This document shows, piece after piece, positions 1-7,068 of a DNA stretch of 64,000 nucleotides; the stretch's first letter is position 1, and every line of letters begins with the position of its first letter. The DNA lies in assembly GCA_903842505.1 (NCBI GenBank), contig CAIMMI010000351.1, forward strand, positions 261-64,260, read 5' to 3'. This stretch comes from an uncultured Verrucomicrobiota bacterium. GTDB taxonomy: Bacteria; Verrucomicrobiota; Verrucomicrobiia; Limisphaerales; UBA9464. Under the pieces are notes generated by a model that saw nothing but the letters and a program-made list of their open reading frames with translations, was not told the DNA's origin and made no database searches. The position numbers and the translations under genes are program-made.

Positions 1-70
1 CGACCGCGTCGGCGGTCAGCGGTTTGTAAAAGGATTGTAGGGTCGGGCCGTGGTTCGCGAGGATTCCGGG

Positions 71-1360
71 ATGCGCGTTCCCGTTGTCATCCGATCGATC
101 GTCTTGGGCTCCCTGCTGTTCAGCGCGGGCGGAATCTCGTGGGCTGGCGATTGGCCGCAGTGGCGGGGACCGGAGCGGACCGGTCATGCGGCGGCCGACG
201 AACGGCCACTCACCGCCTTGCCCGAAGCCCTGCGGACGGTGTGGAAAGTCCCGGCTGCGGAAGGGTACGCGTCGCCGGTGGTGTCGGAGGGACGCGTATT
301 CGTCCTGGAAGCCGCCGAGGGCAAGGAGGTCCTGCGGGCGCTGGACGCGAAGGACGGACACGAGCTCTGGAAGGCGGTGGTGGATGAGACGTTCAAGGAT
401 TCCCAAGGGCCGGCGGCGCCCCGCTGCACGGCCGTGGTGGCGGATGGACGCGTCTATGCGCAGTCGTGCCGCGGGGAGTTGAAATGCTTCGCGGCAACGG
501 ATGGGAAGCCGGTCTGGTCGGTGAATTACACGCGCGATTTCGGTGCGGTGTTCATCGGCGAGAAGGGGAACGCACCCGGGGCCACCCGACACGGCAACAA
601 CGGCGCGCCTTGGGTGACCGGAGGCGTGGTGGTGGCGTCGGCGGGATCGACGAACGGAGCCGCCGTGGTCGCATTGGATGCGGCGACCGGGAGCGTGAAG
701 TGGAAGGGGGGCAGCGAGGTTGCGGCGTATGCGGCGCCCGTCGTCAGCACGATCGCCGGGACGCGTCAGGTGGTTAACTTCATGGCCGATGCCGTCGTCG
801 GTCTCGACGCTGCCGATGGAAAGGTCCTCTGGCGGCACCCGATGAAGACGGCGTTTGCCCGGCACGTGATGACGCCGATCGTCGCTGGGAACCGTGTGGT
901 GATCGGATCGCACCAGACCGGATTGCTCGGCCTCGATGTTGCCCCGCACGGCGGCGCATGGCAGGTGACGGTGGCGTGGACCAACAAGGAGGCGGCTCCG
1001 AACTTCTCGTGTCCGGTGTTGGTGGACGGACACGTCTACGCGTTGGGTGCGGATCGGGACGTGGTGTGCGTGGAGGTCGCGACGGGCGCGACGCGATGGA
1101 AGAAGGCGGGTTGGATGTCGTCGGCCGCCGACAAGGCGCACGCCGGTTTCGTCGTGGTGGGCGGGAAGTCGGTGCTGATGCTGACGGACGCCGGAGAGTT
1201 GATCCTCTTCGCGGCGGATCCGGCCGGATGCCGGGAGTTGGGGCGGGTTCAGGTGTGCGGCGCGAACTGGTGCAATCCGGCCGTGGCAGGCGGGCGGTTG
1301 TACTTGAGGGATGGATTGAAGAGCGGGGGCAGTTGGTGGTGTGTGGAATTGGGACGGTGA
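71..1360 (+). CDS. Secreted PQQ-like (BamB/quinoprotein-type) beta-propeller repeat protein
   Basis: ORF 50..1360. ATG at 71 gives the signal-like MRVPVVIRSIVLGSLLFSAGG, followed by GDWPQWRGP and repeated blade motifs (V..G.V....dG.l.a.da.tG...W). Paralogous to 9802..11100 and 34096..35379. Confidence 0.75.
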   Translation: MRVPVVIRSIVLGSLLFSAGGISWAGDWPQWRGPERTGHAAADERPLTALPEALRTVWKVPAAEGYASPVVSEGRVFVLEAAEGKEVLRALDAKDGHELWKAVVDETFKDSQGPAAPRCTAVVADGRVYAQSCRGELKCFAATDGKPVWSVNYTRDFGAVFIGEKGNAPGATRHGNNGAPWVTGGVVVASAGSTNGAAVVALDAATGSVKWKGGSEVAAYAAPVVSTIAGTRQVVNFMADAVVGLDAADGKVLWRHPMKTAFARHVMTPIVAGNRVVIGSHQTGLLGLDVAPHGGAWQVTVAWTNKEAAPNFSCPVLVDGHVYALGADRDVVCVEVATGATRWKKAGWMSSAADKAHAGFVVVGGKSVLMLTDAGELILFAADPAGCRELGRVQVCGANWCNPAVAGGRLYLRDGLKSGGSWWCVELGR

Positions 1361-1393
1361 CTCCCGCAGAGGCGCAGGGGGTGGGAGCGGGTC

Positions 1394-1504
1394 GTACTCG
1401 AACTCGTACTCCTACTCGTACTCGGTGGGATGGATTGGTGGAGGGACGGGAATCGCTGCGGGTCGAGTACGAGTACTGCCCTGCGGGCTGAGTACGAGTA
1501 CGAG
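1394..1504. repeat. Inverted arrays of the heptamer GTACTCG / CGAGTAC between convergent genes
   Basis: gtactcgaactcgtactcctactcgtactcg (1394-1424) faces cgagtacgagtac (1464-1476) and gagtacgagtacgag (1490-1504). It could fold into a long imperfect hairpin. Confidence 0.7.
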
Positions 1505-1542
1505 CGGGCGGGTGCGCGTGGGCTCCGGGGAGATGGCTGGGC

Positions 1543-2673
1543 TCAAGGTTGGCGGTTGGCGGGGCGCGGAGGGCTCTTCACGAATTCAGCGACGTCGCGG
1601 GCGGCCTTGGTTTCGGTGCCGGACTTCTGCAGGAATCCGAGGTCGCGGAACCAGTCGATGAAGCGGTCCTGCCAGGTGCCGAAGGGAATCCCGTTGCGGT
1701 GGGTGAGCCCACCCGTCATGCGCGAGCCATCGGGCAACGGGTCGCCCGGGTGGCGGCCGTTGCCGTAGATGTGCATCTCCACGTTGGGCACGCCCGAGTT
1801 GAGCATGGCGTTGAAGTACTCGGCGGCCCAGATCGCGTGGACGCGGTCACCGGCACCGGGCGACGTGATGAAGGCCGGCGGGACGTCGGCCGGGATGGGC
1901 GGGTTCGCACCGCGCCTGAACGGCGTTGGACCGGGATAGACGATCCCGACGAAGTCCGGGCGTGAGGAGATTCCCGCGAGCGGATCCGAGGGAGCGTTGT
2001 TGGTGGAATCGAAGCCGGAATAGAAGAGGGCGGCGGGAGCGGAGAGTTCGGCTCCGGCCGAAAACCCCAGGATACCGATGCGGGAGGGATCGATCCGGAG
2101 TTCCTGGGCATGGGCGCGGACGAGTCGGATGGCCTGGAGGGCATCTTGGACGGCGTCGGTGGTGGGTTCGTAGCCGTCCTTCCGGAGACGGTTGCGGAGG
2201 ATCACGGTGGTGACGCCGTAGTTGTAGAAGAACGGCACGAAGTCGGCGGCCTCGGTCCCGACGTTGAGCGTGTTGTGACCGCCGCCGGCGGCGAGGATGA
2301 TCGCGGCTCCGGTGCTGACGCCGCCGTCGACCGTGTGCACTTCGATCGAGGGATTGTGGATGTTGACGATGCTGTTGATCCGGCCCGGGACGGACTTGCT
2401 GAGGTTGTATTGCTCGGCTTCGTGGACGCGTGCGGCCCGCAGTTGCGGTGAACCGGGCGGGTAGAGGGGCAGGACGATGCCGCCGGGAAGGATCGATTGC
2501 GGGGCGTACGGCGCGTTGTTGGTCGGGCCGGGTTGTGGGATGGCCAACGGGGCGGGAAGGGGGAGGCGATTCGCGGGGGCGGTGGGGGTGGTCGGATTGG
2601 CCTGTTGGGCCGGGAGCAAGGCACCGCCTACAACCCAGGCCGCGAGCGTTGGAATCACCAAACGGGGGAACAT
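1543..2673 (-). CDS. Secreted alpha/beta-hydrolase fold esterase/lipase
   Basis: ORF 1543..2919. The internal ATG at 2673 gives MFPRLVIPTLAAWVVGGALLPAQQ (signal-like). GILGFSAGAE carries the G-x-S-x-G nucleophile elbow, and AAGGGHN is oxyanion-hole-like. The ORF part upstream of 2673 runs through repeat words. Confidence 0.7.
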   Translation of the reverse strand: MFPRLVIPTLAAWVVGGALLPAQQANPTTPTAPANRLPLPAPLAIPQPGPTNNAPYAPQSILPGGIVLPLYPPGSPQLRAARVHEAEQYNLSKSVPGRINSIVNIHNPSIEVHTVDGGVSTGAAIILAAGGGHNTLNVGTEAADFVPFFYNYGVTTVILRNRLRKDGYEPTTDAVQDALQAIRLVRAHAQELRIDPSRIGILGFSAGAELSAPAALFYSGFDSTNNAPSDPLAGISSRPDFVGIVYPGPTPFRRGANPPIPADVPPAFITSPGAGDRVHAIWAAEYFNAMLNSGVPNVEMHIYGNGRHPGDPLPDGSRMTGGLTHRNGIPFGTWQDRFIDWFRDLGFLQKSGTETKAARDVAEFVKSPPRPANRQP

Positions 2674-2868
2674 CCGAGAATGGTGGGGCGATCCCGTCGA
2701 CCGGGCAAGGAGCCATGAGCAAACGGATGTCCCATATGCGACATGGGATTGCTCGCGGGTGGGGTGGTTCGCGCAGAGGCGCGGAGGACGCGGAGCGGGG
2801 AAGGGGCTTGGAACGGAAGCATCCTCAGACCGCCCCCAGATCAACCCCGTTCGACTCCGGGGCATCCT

Positions 2869-2902
2869 GCTTGAACCTTGAATCTTGAAACTCAGGACTC
2901 CC
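2869..2902. repeat. Family A repeat word (reverse orientation): GCTTGAACCTTGAATCTTGAAACTCAGGACTCCC
   Basis: Matches the reverse complement of the GGGAGT..TTCAAGATTCAAGTTTGAAGC copies at 5057, 9354, 17712, 19246 and 23804. Confidence 0.8.
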
Positions 2903-2930
2903 GAAACTTGACCCGGCAACTGTTGCGACG

Positions 2931-3827
2931 TTGGTTGGCGGGGTGCGCGCGTTGATCGTGGGATGTGGATACGTGGGACTCGAACTGGGCCGACAGTGGG
3001 TAACTCAGGGAGTCAGTGTGTCCGGCGTGCGACGTTCGGAGGTGGGCGCGGCCGAGTTGCTGGAATCGGGAATCCGGGTTGTGGTCGGCGATGTGACCCA
3101 ACCGGAGAGCATGACGGCGTGGGGACGGGAGTGGGATATCGTCGTGAATGCCGTGTCGTCGTCGCGGGGTGGCGTGGACGTGTACCGGCAGGTGTATGGG
3201 GTCGGGACGCGGAATCTGGTCGGATGGATGCGGGAGGCTGGCGTGCGCCGGTACGTTCACCTGAGCAGCACGAGTGTGTACGGACAGACGGATGGCGGTT
3301 GGGTGACCGAGGATTCGCCAGCCGATCCCTTGCCAGAGACGGGGCAGGTCCTGGCGGCGACGGAGCGGTGGATCCTTGGCGAGGCGACGGGTGACCTTGC
3401 GCCCACGATCCTGCGCGTGGCCGGGATCTACGGGCCGGGTCGGGGACACGCGTTGCAACAGTTGCTCAAGGGGGAGGCGCGGATCCAGGGCGACGGCACG
3501 CGTTGGGTGAACATGGTGCATCGCGATGATGTTGCGTCGGCGATCCGGGCGGTGGCCGGGGCGTCGGTGGAGACGGTGGGTGGAAAGGTTTTCAATGTCG
3601 TCGACGATGAACCCGTGCAGCAGGGCGAGTTCGTGACTTGGCTGGCGCGGGAGTACGGATTGCCGATCCCGCCGTCGGCGACGGAGGAGGAAAACGCGGC
3701 GCGGAAACGGGGCCTGACCCACAAGCGTGTCGACCATCGCCGCCTGCGGGAGGCGACCGGGTGGGCACCGGCCTACCGCAGTTTCCGTGAAGGGTACGCG
3801 CGCGTCAGCGGAAGCAGATCCGGCTGA
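2931..3827 (+). CDS. NAD(P)-dependent epimerase/dehydratase-type SDR
   Basis: ALIVGCGYVGLELG is a Rossmann glycine motif and the overall layout is SDR-like. The start is TTG 2931 or GTG 2943. The 3' end overlaps lpxK convergently by 23 nt. Confidence 0.7.
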   Translation: MVGGVRALIVGCGYVGLELGRQWVTQGVSVSGVRRSEVGAAELLESGIRVVVGDVTQPESMTAWGREWDIVVNAVSSSRGGVDVYRQVYGVGTRNLVGWMREAGVRRYVHLSSTSVYGQTDGGWVTEDSPADPLPETGQVLAATERWILGEATGDLAPTILRVAGIYGPGRGHALQQLLKGEARIQGDGTRWVNMVHRDDVASAIRAVAGASVETVGGKVFNVVDDEPVQQGEFVTWLAREYGLPIPPSATEEENAARKRGLTHKRVDHRRLREATGWAPAYRSFREGYARVSGSRSG

Positions 3828-4998
3828 CGCATTCCTCGAAGCCCTCGGCGCCGGCCACGATCTTGATCTCGACGCGCATGAAATAGACCGGGATGTCGCG
3901 TCGATCGAGCTTCGGGAATCGGACGGCGTCCTTCTGCGTGGTGATGAGCATTTCCGCGCCGCGTTTCTTGGCGCGGTTGATGGCGTGCAGGACCTCCTGC
4001 TGATTGAAGCGGTGATGATCGGCGAACCGACGGGCGAGGACGATCTCGGCGCCGAGTTCGACGAGTTTGGACTCGAAACTCTCCGGTTGGGCGATGCCGC
4101 TCAGCGACGCGACCTTCCGGCCCTTGAGGAGGTCCAAACCGTGCCGATCATCGCCGAAGACGTTCTCGAAGTAGAGCGGATGATGGACGCACTCGATGAT
4201 GTCCGCATTCGGGTTGAGCTTGGCGACGCGGACACGGAGTTCGTCGATCTTCGCGGACTGTTCCCGGGTGGAACGGTCGACCTTGGTCAGGAACACCACG
4301 TTGGCGCGACGCAGGTGGGAAGGTGGTTCGCGGAGCGTTCCGCGCGGCAGCATGTATCCGTTCGAGAACGGTTGCTGCGAGTCGACCAGGACGACGTCGG
4401 TCCGGCGCCCGCGCAGCCGCCAGTACTGGAATCCGTCGTCGAGGAGCAGCGTGTCGCAACCGAACTTCTCGACGGCGTAGCGCCCGGCCTTCACGCGGTC
4501 CTTGTCGACCAGGACGACCACGTCCCGGAGGTTCGACGCGAGCATGTAGGGTTCGTCGCCGGAGGAGAACGAGTCGAGGAGCAGGGATTGGCCGTCGCTG
4601 ACGATGCGGGGCGGGGTGGTGTCGTTCTTGAGGAGGATGCGGTCGCGGAGGCGCTGGATGAGGGGCTTGGGCTTGGACCGGTAACCCCGCGAGAGGATGG
4701 CGACCTTGCGGCCGGCGTCCTGGAGGGCGCGGGCGAACTTCTCGACGACGGGAGTCTTGCCGGTGCCGCCGACGGTGAGGTTGCCAACGGCGATGACCTG
4801 CACGCCGAGGGTGGCATCGCGGAAGATGCGGGCGTTGTAGAGGACCCGGCGGAGCTTCACGGCCCCGGCGAACACGTGGGAGAGCACCTGCAGGGTGCCG
4901 CGCAGCGCCGCGGCCTTCTTGCCGGGACGTTGCTGGAAGATGACGTCGAGAAAGTAGGTCTCAGCGTCTTCGAGGAATTTTTGCCACCGTTCGCGCAC
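3805..4998 (-). CDS. lpxK: Tetraacyldisaccharide 4'-kinase
   Basis: [39 protein letters not shown] is the LpxK P-loop signature. Length is 397 aa. Confidence 0.85.
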   Translation of the reverse strand: MRERWQKFLEDAETYFLDVIFQQRPGKKAAALRGTLQVLSHVFAGAVKLRRVLYNARIFRDATLGVQVIAVGNLTVGGTGKTPVVEKFARALQDAGRKVAILSRGYRSKPKPLIQRLRDRILLKNDTTPPRIVSDGQSLLLDSFSSGDEPYMLASNLRDVVVLVDKDRVKAGRYAVEKFGCDTLLLDDGFQYWRLRGRRTDVVLVDSQQPFSNGYMLPRGTLREPPSHLRRANVVFLTKVDRSTREQSAKIDELRVRVAKLNPNADIIECVHHPLYFENVFGDDRHGLDLLKGRKVASLSGIAQPESFESKLVELGAEIVLARRFADHHRFNQQEVLHAINRAKKRGAEMLITTQKDAVRFPKLDRRDIPVYFMRVEIKIVAGAEGFEECVSRICFR

Positions 4999-5014
4999 TG
5001 AGGTCAGCTTCCTG

Positions 5015-5090
5015 TTCCCGGTTTCCAGTTACCAGATTGGAGTTCTTGGGGAGGGGGGGAGTTTCAGGTTTGAAGATTCAAGTTTGAAGC
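5015..5090. repeat. Family A' (TTCCAGTTACCAG word) plus family A repeat (GGGAGTTTCAGGTTTGAAGATTCAAGTTTGAAGC)
   Basis: ttcccggtttccagttaccagattggagttc (5015-5045) resembles 33039-33143. 5057-5090 is a forward family A copy. Confidence 0.75.
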
Positions 5091-5224
5091 GGGGTGGTTC
5101 CGCCGTCGGCGTGGGAAGCGGTCGATGCCGAGGTTGTGGCACCCTTTCAAGGTGCGGATCCAATCCTGACGGGTTCAACTCCGGTCTGTAGGCTGCGTGC
5201 CCCCACGCGGCGCATCATGATCAC

Positions 5225-5338
5225 CGCCGGGTGAGGGCACCCGGCCTACAAGGGGAAGGATCTTCCACGCCGGGTGAGGGCACCCGGCCTACAAGGGGAA
5301 GGATCTTCCACGCCGGGTGAGGGCACCAGGTCTACAAG
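5225..5338. repeat. 43-bp tandem repeat, about 2.6 copies
   Basis: The unit cgccgggtgagggcacccggcctacaaggggaaggatcttcca occurs at 5225-5267 and 5268-5310, with a partial third copy at 5311-5338. Each unit contains the hairpin CCGGGTG-aggg-CACCCGG. Confidence 0.9.
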
Positions 5339-5340
5339 CT

Positions 5341-5424
5341 CGATCCGCCTCCTGACGTCGACAGCTACGGATGGGGTAGCCGACGAGGTGACGAGGCGGG
5401 TCCTCGATCCGCCTCCTGACGTCG
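5341..5424. repeat. Family C repeat (CGATCCGCCTCCTGACGTCG ... GCTACGG ... GTAGCCGACGAGGTGACGAGGCGGG)
   Basis: cgatccgcctcctgacgtcg occurs twice (5341 and 5405). The reverse complement of 5341-5400 aligns with 33149-33200, and there is a partial copy at 45171-45202. Confidence 0.75.
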
Positions 5425-5506
5425 TATCGAGCTTGAACCTTTCCCGCCTTCCAACGCAACCGCCGCTCCAGCCTTGTGGGCGTGGAGCGGCGGTTTGGGA
5501 AGCGCG

Positions 5507-5566
5507 GGTGGGGCGAGACTCAGTCGAGCTGTTTGGAGGGCGGCTCGTGAGGACATTCGCCCCACC
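5507..5566. repeat. Family B inverted pair (GGTGGGGCGAGACTCAGTCGAGC ... GGCTCGTGAGGACATTCGCCCCACC)
   Basis: The terminal arms GTGGGGCGA / TCGCCCCAC are complementary. The same words recur at 16335, 19328, 23880, 23932, 37109 and 37153. Confidence 0.8.
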
Positions 5567-5586
5567 GGATCCGGAGGACCTTGGCC

Positions 5587-6213
5587 TTACTTGGCGGCGG
5601 CGTAGAGGGCGGCGACCTTGTCCCAGTTCACCAGGTTCCAGAGGGCCTTGAGGTAGTCGGCGCGCTTGTTCTGGTACTTGAGGTAGTAGGCGTGCTCCCA
5701 GACGTCGACGCCGAGGATGGGCTTGCCTTCGACACCGGAGAGGGTCTTGCCCATCAGCGGATTGTCCTGATTGGGGGTGGAGACGATCTCGAGCTTGCCG
5801 CCGTTGACGACCAGCCAGACCCATCCGGAGCCGAAGCGACCGATGCCACCGGCTTCGAACTTCTCCTTGAAGGTGTCGAAGGAACCGAACGTGGCGGCGA
5901 TGGCCGCGGCGAGTTCACCCGTGGGGGTGCCGCCCTTGCCGGGGGCGAGGAGGTTCCAGAAGAAGGTGTGGTTCCAGTGGCCGCCGCCGTTGTTGCGGAC
6001 GGGGCCGCGGATGTTGTCGGGAACGGAGGGAAGGTCGGCGATCAGGGCCTCGATGGACTTGGCTTCGAGTTCGGCGTTGCCGGCGATGGCCTTGTTGAGG
6101 TTGTCCACGTAGGCCTTGTGGTGGCGGCCGTGGTGGATCTCCATCGTGGCGGTGTCGAGATGGGGTTCGAGGGCTTCCTTGGGGTACGGGAGCGGGGCGA
6201 GTTCGTGGGCCAT
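5587..6213 (-). CDS. sodA: Fe/Mn-family superoxide dismutase, Mn-type signature
   Basis: [22 protein letters not shown] and [18 protein letters not shown] are family motifs. GGGHWNH and [11 protein letters not shown] resemble Mn-SOD rather than Fe-SOD. Metal specificity is not certain. Confidence 0.85.
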   Translation of the reverse strand: MAHELAPLPYPKEALEPHLDTATMEIHHGRHHKAYVDNLNKAIAGNAELEAKSIEALIADLPSVPDNIRGPVRNNGGGHWNHTFFWNLLAPGKGGTPTGELAAAIAATFGSFDTFKEKFEAGGIGRFGSGWVWLVVNGGKLEIVSTPNQDNPLMGKTLSGVEGKPILGVDVWEHAYYLKYQNKRADYLKALWNLVNWDKVAALYAAAK

Positions 6214-6318
6214 ACTGGTTCGTCGATCAGATGTTGATGAAAAAGCTCCGGCGCGCCGAGGGCGTCGCCGGAAGGTGGGCAGACCTTAGCAGCGGTTCGT
6301 GGGACTGCAATCGTTGGG

Positions 6319-6399
6319 GGGAGTTCCGAGATTTCAGTTTCAAGTTTCAAGGCCCCCACCTGCCTGCTTCAAACTTGAATCTGAAAACTTCGAACTTCC
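6319..6399. repeat. Family A forward + reverse copies forming a hairpin-capable inverted pair
   Basis: gggagttccgagatttcagtttcaagtttcaagg (6319-6352) faces gcttcaaacttgaatctgaaaacttcgaacttcc (6366-6399). It lies in the sodA/feoA divergent region. Confidence 0.8.
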
Positions 6400-6488
6400 A
6401 CCGCAACAAGGGGACAACAAACGATGACAAGCATGCGACAACGGGGCGTCTTGCTGGGCGGGGGGCGGCCCCGTAGTTTTTTCGGACT

Positions 6489-6797
6489 GTGAGCGACGCG
6501 TGCCCCGTGCCCGATTGCCAGCCGGCTTCCTGCCGGACGCCACAGCTTTGCCAACTGAACCGCGTTCGCGCGGGCGAGACGGTGGTGGTGAAGCAGTTGA
6601 ACGGGTCGCCCGAGACCAACCAGCGTCTCCGGGAAATGGGCTTCGGCGAAGAACAGCGCGTCCGGGTCATCACCCTGCAGGCGAACCTGCTCTGCCAGGT
6701 CTGCAATTCACGCCTCGGTCTCAGTTCGCGATTGGCGGAACTGATCCTCGTCGCCCGGCCTTCGCTGGCCGGTCCGGGATTCCGGATGGCGGCCTGA
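6489..6797 (+). CDS. feoA: FeoA-domain protein with Cys-rich N-terminal extension
   Basis: The FeoA core is RAGETVVVKQLNGSPETNQRLREMGFGEEQRVRVI. A GTG start at 6489 is the only ATG/GTG/TTG start upstream of the domain (a rare in-frame CTG lies just before the domain). Confidence 0.65.
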   Translation: MSDACPVPDCQPASCRTPQLCQLNRVRAGETVVVKQLNGSPETNQRLREMGFGEEQRVRVITLQANLLCQVCNSRLGLSSRLAELILVARPSLAGPGFRMAA

Positions 6798-6834
6798 TCC
6801 GCCGGCCTTTCCCCTCCCACTCCGGCAAACCGTC

Positions 6835-7068
6835 ATGGAAACCCGGCCGCTCAGCTCCCTCACCCCCGGCTCCCGCGGCGTGGTCGCGGCCATCCTGATC
6901 CCGCCTGCCCATCGCGGACGCCTCCTCGAGATGGGCCTGCTGGTCGGCACGCCGATCGAGGTGATCCGGTTCGCGCCGCTGGGGGATCCGGTCGAGATCC
7001 GCATCCGCGGGTACAACCTTTCCCTGCGTCGTCACGAGGCGGAACAGGTGATGGTGCGCGACGCATGA
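6835..7068 (+). CDS. feoA: FeoA-domain protein
   Basis: LTPGSRGVVAAI...RLLEMGLLVGTPIEVIRFAPLGDPVEIRIRG is typical FeoA. Its stop overlaps the feoB start (ATGA). Confidence 0.8.
   Translation: METRPLSSLTPGSRGVVAAILIPPAHRGRLLEMGLLVGTPIEVIRFAPLGDPVEIRIRGYNLSLRRHEAEQVMVRDA

Noticed and set aside
3805-3827. 23-nt convergent overlap of the SDR gene and lpxK 3' ends.
   Set aside because: Short convergent overlaps are common in compact GC-rich genomes, and nothing else is unusual here.
5225-5338. Possible CRISPR array.
   Set aside because: The 43-bp units are directly adjacent with no spacers, there are only 2.6 copies, and no cas genes are present. The other repeats are irregularly spaced and of mixed orientation.
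6413-6442. Fur box or operator upstream of feoA (GACAAC-N7-GACAAG-N5-GACAAC; core ATGACAAGCAT).
   Set aside because: The core matches ATGATAATCAT at 9 of 11 positions, but only about 10 of 19 positions match the full Fur box and the dyad symmetry is poor. This is too weak to call without a genome-specific motif.
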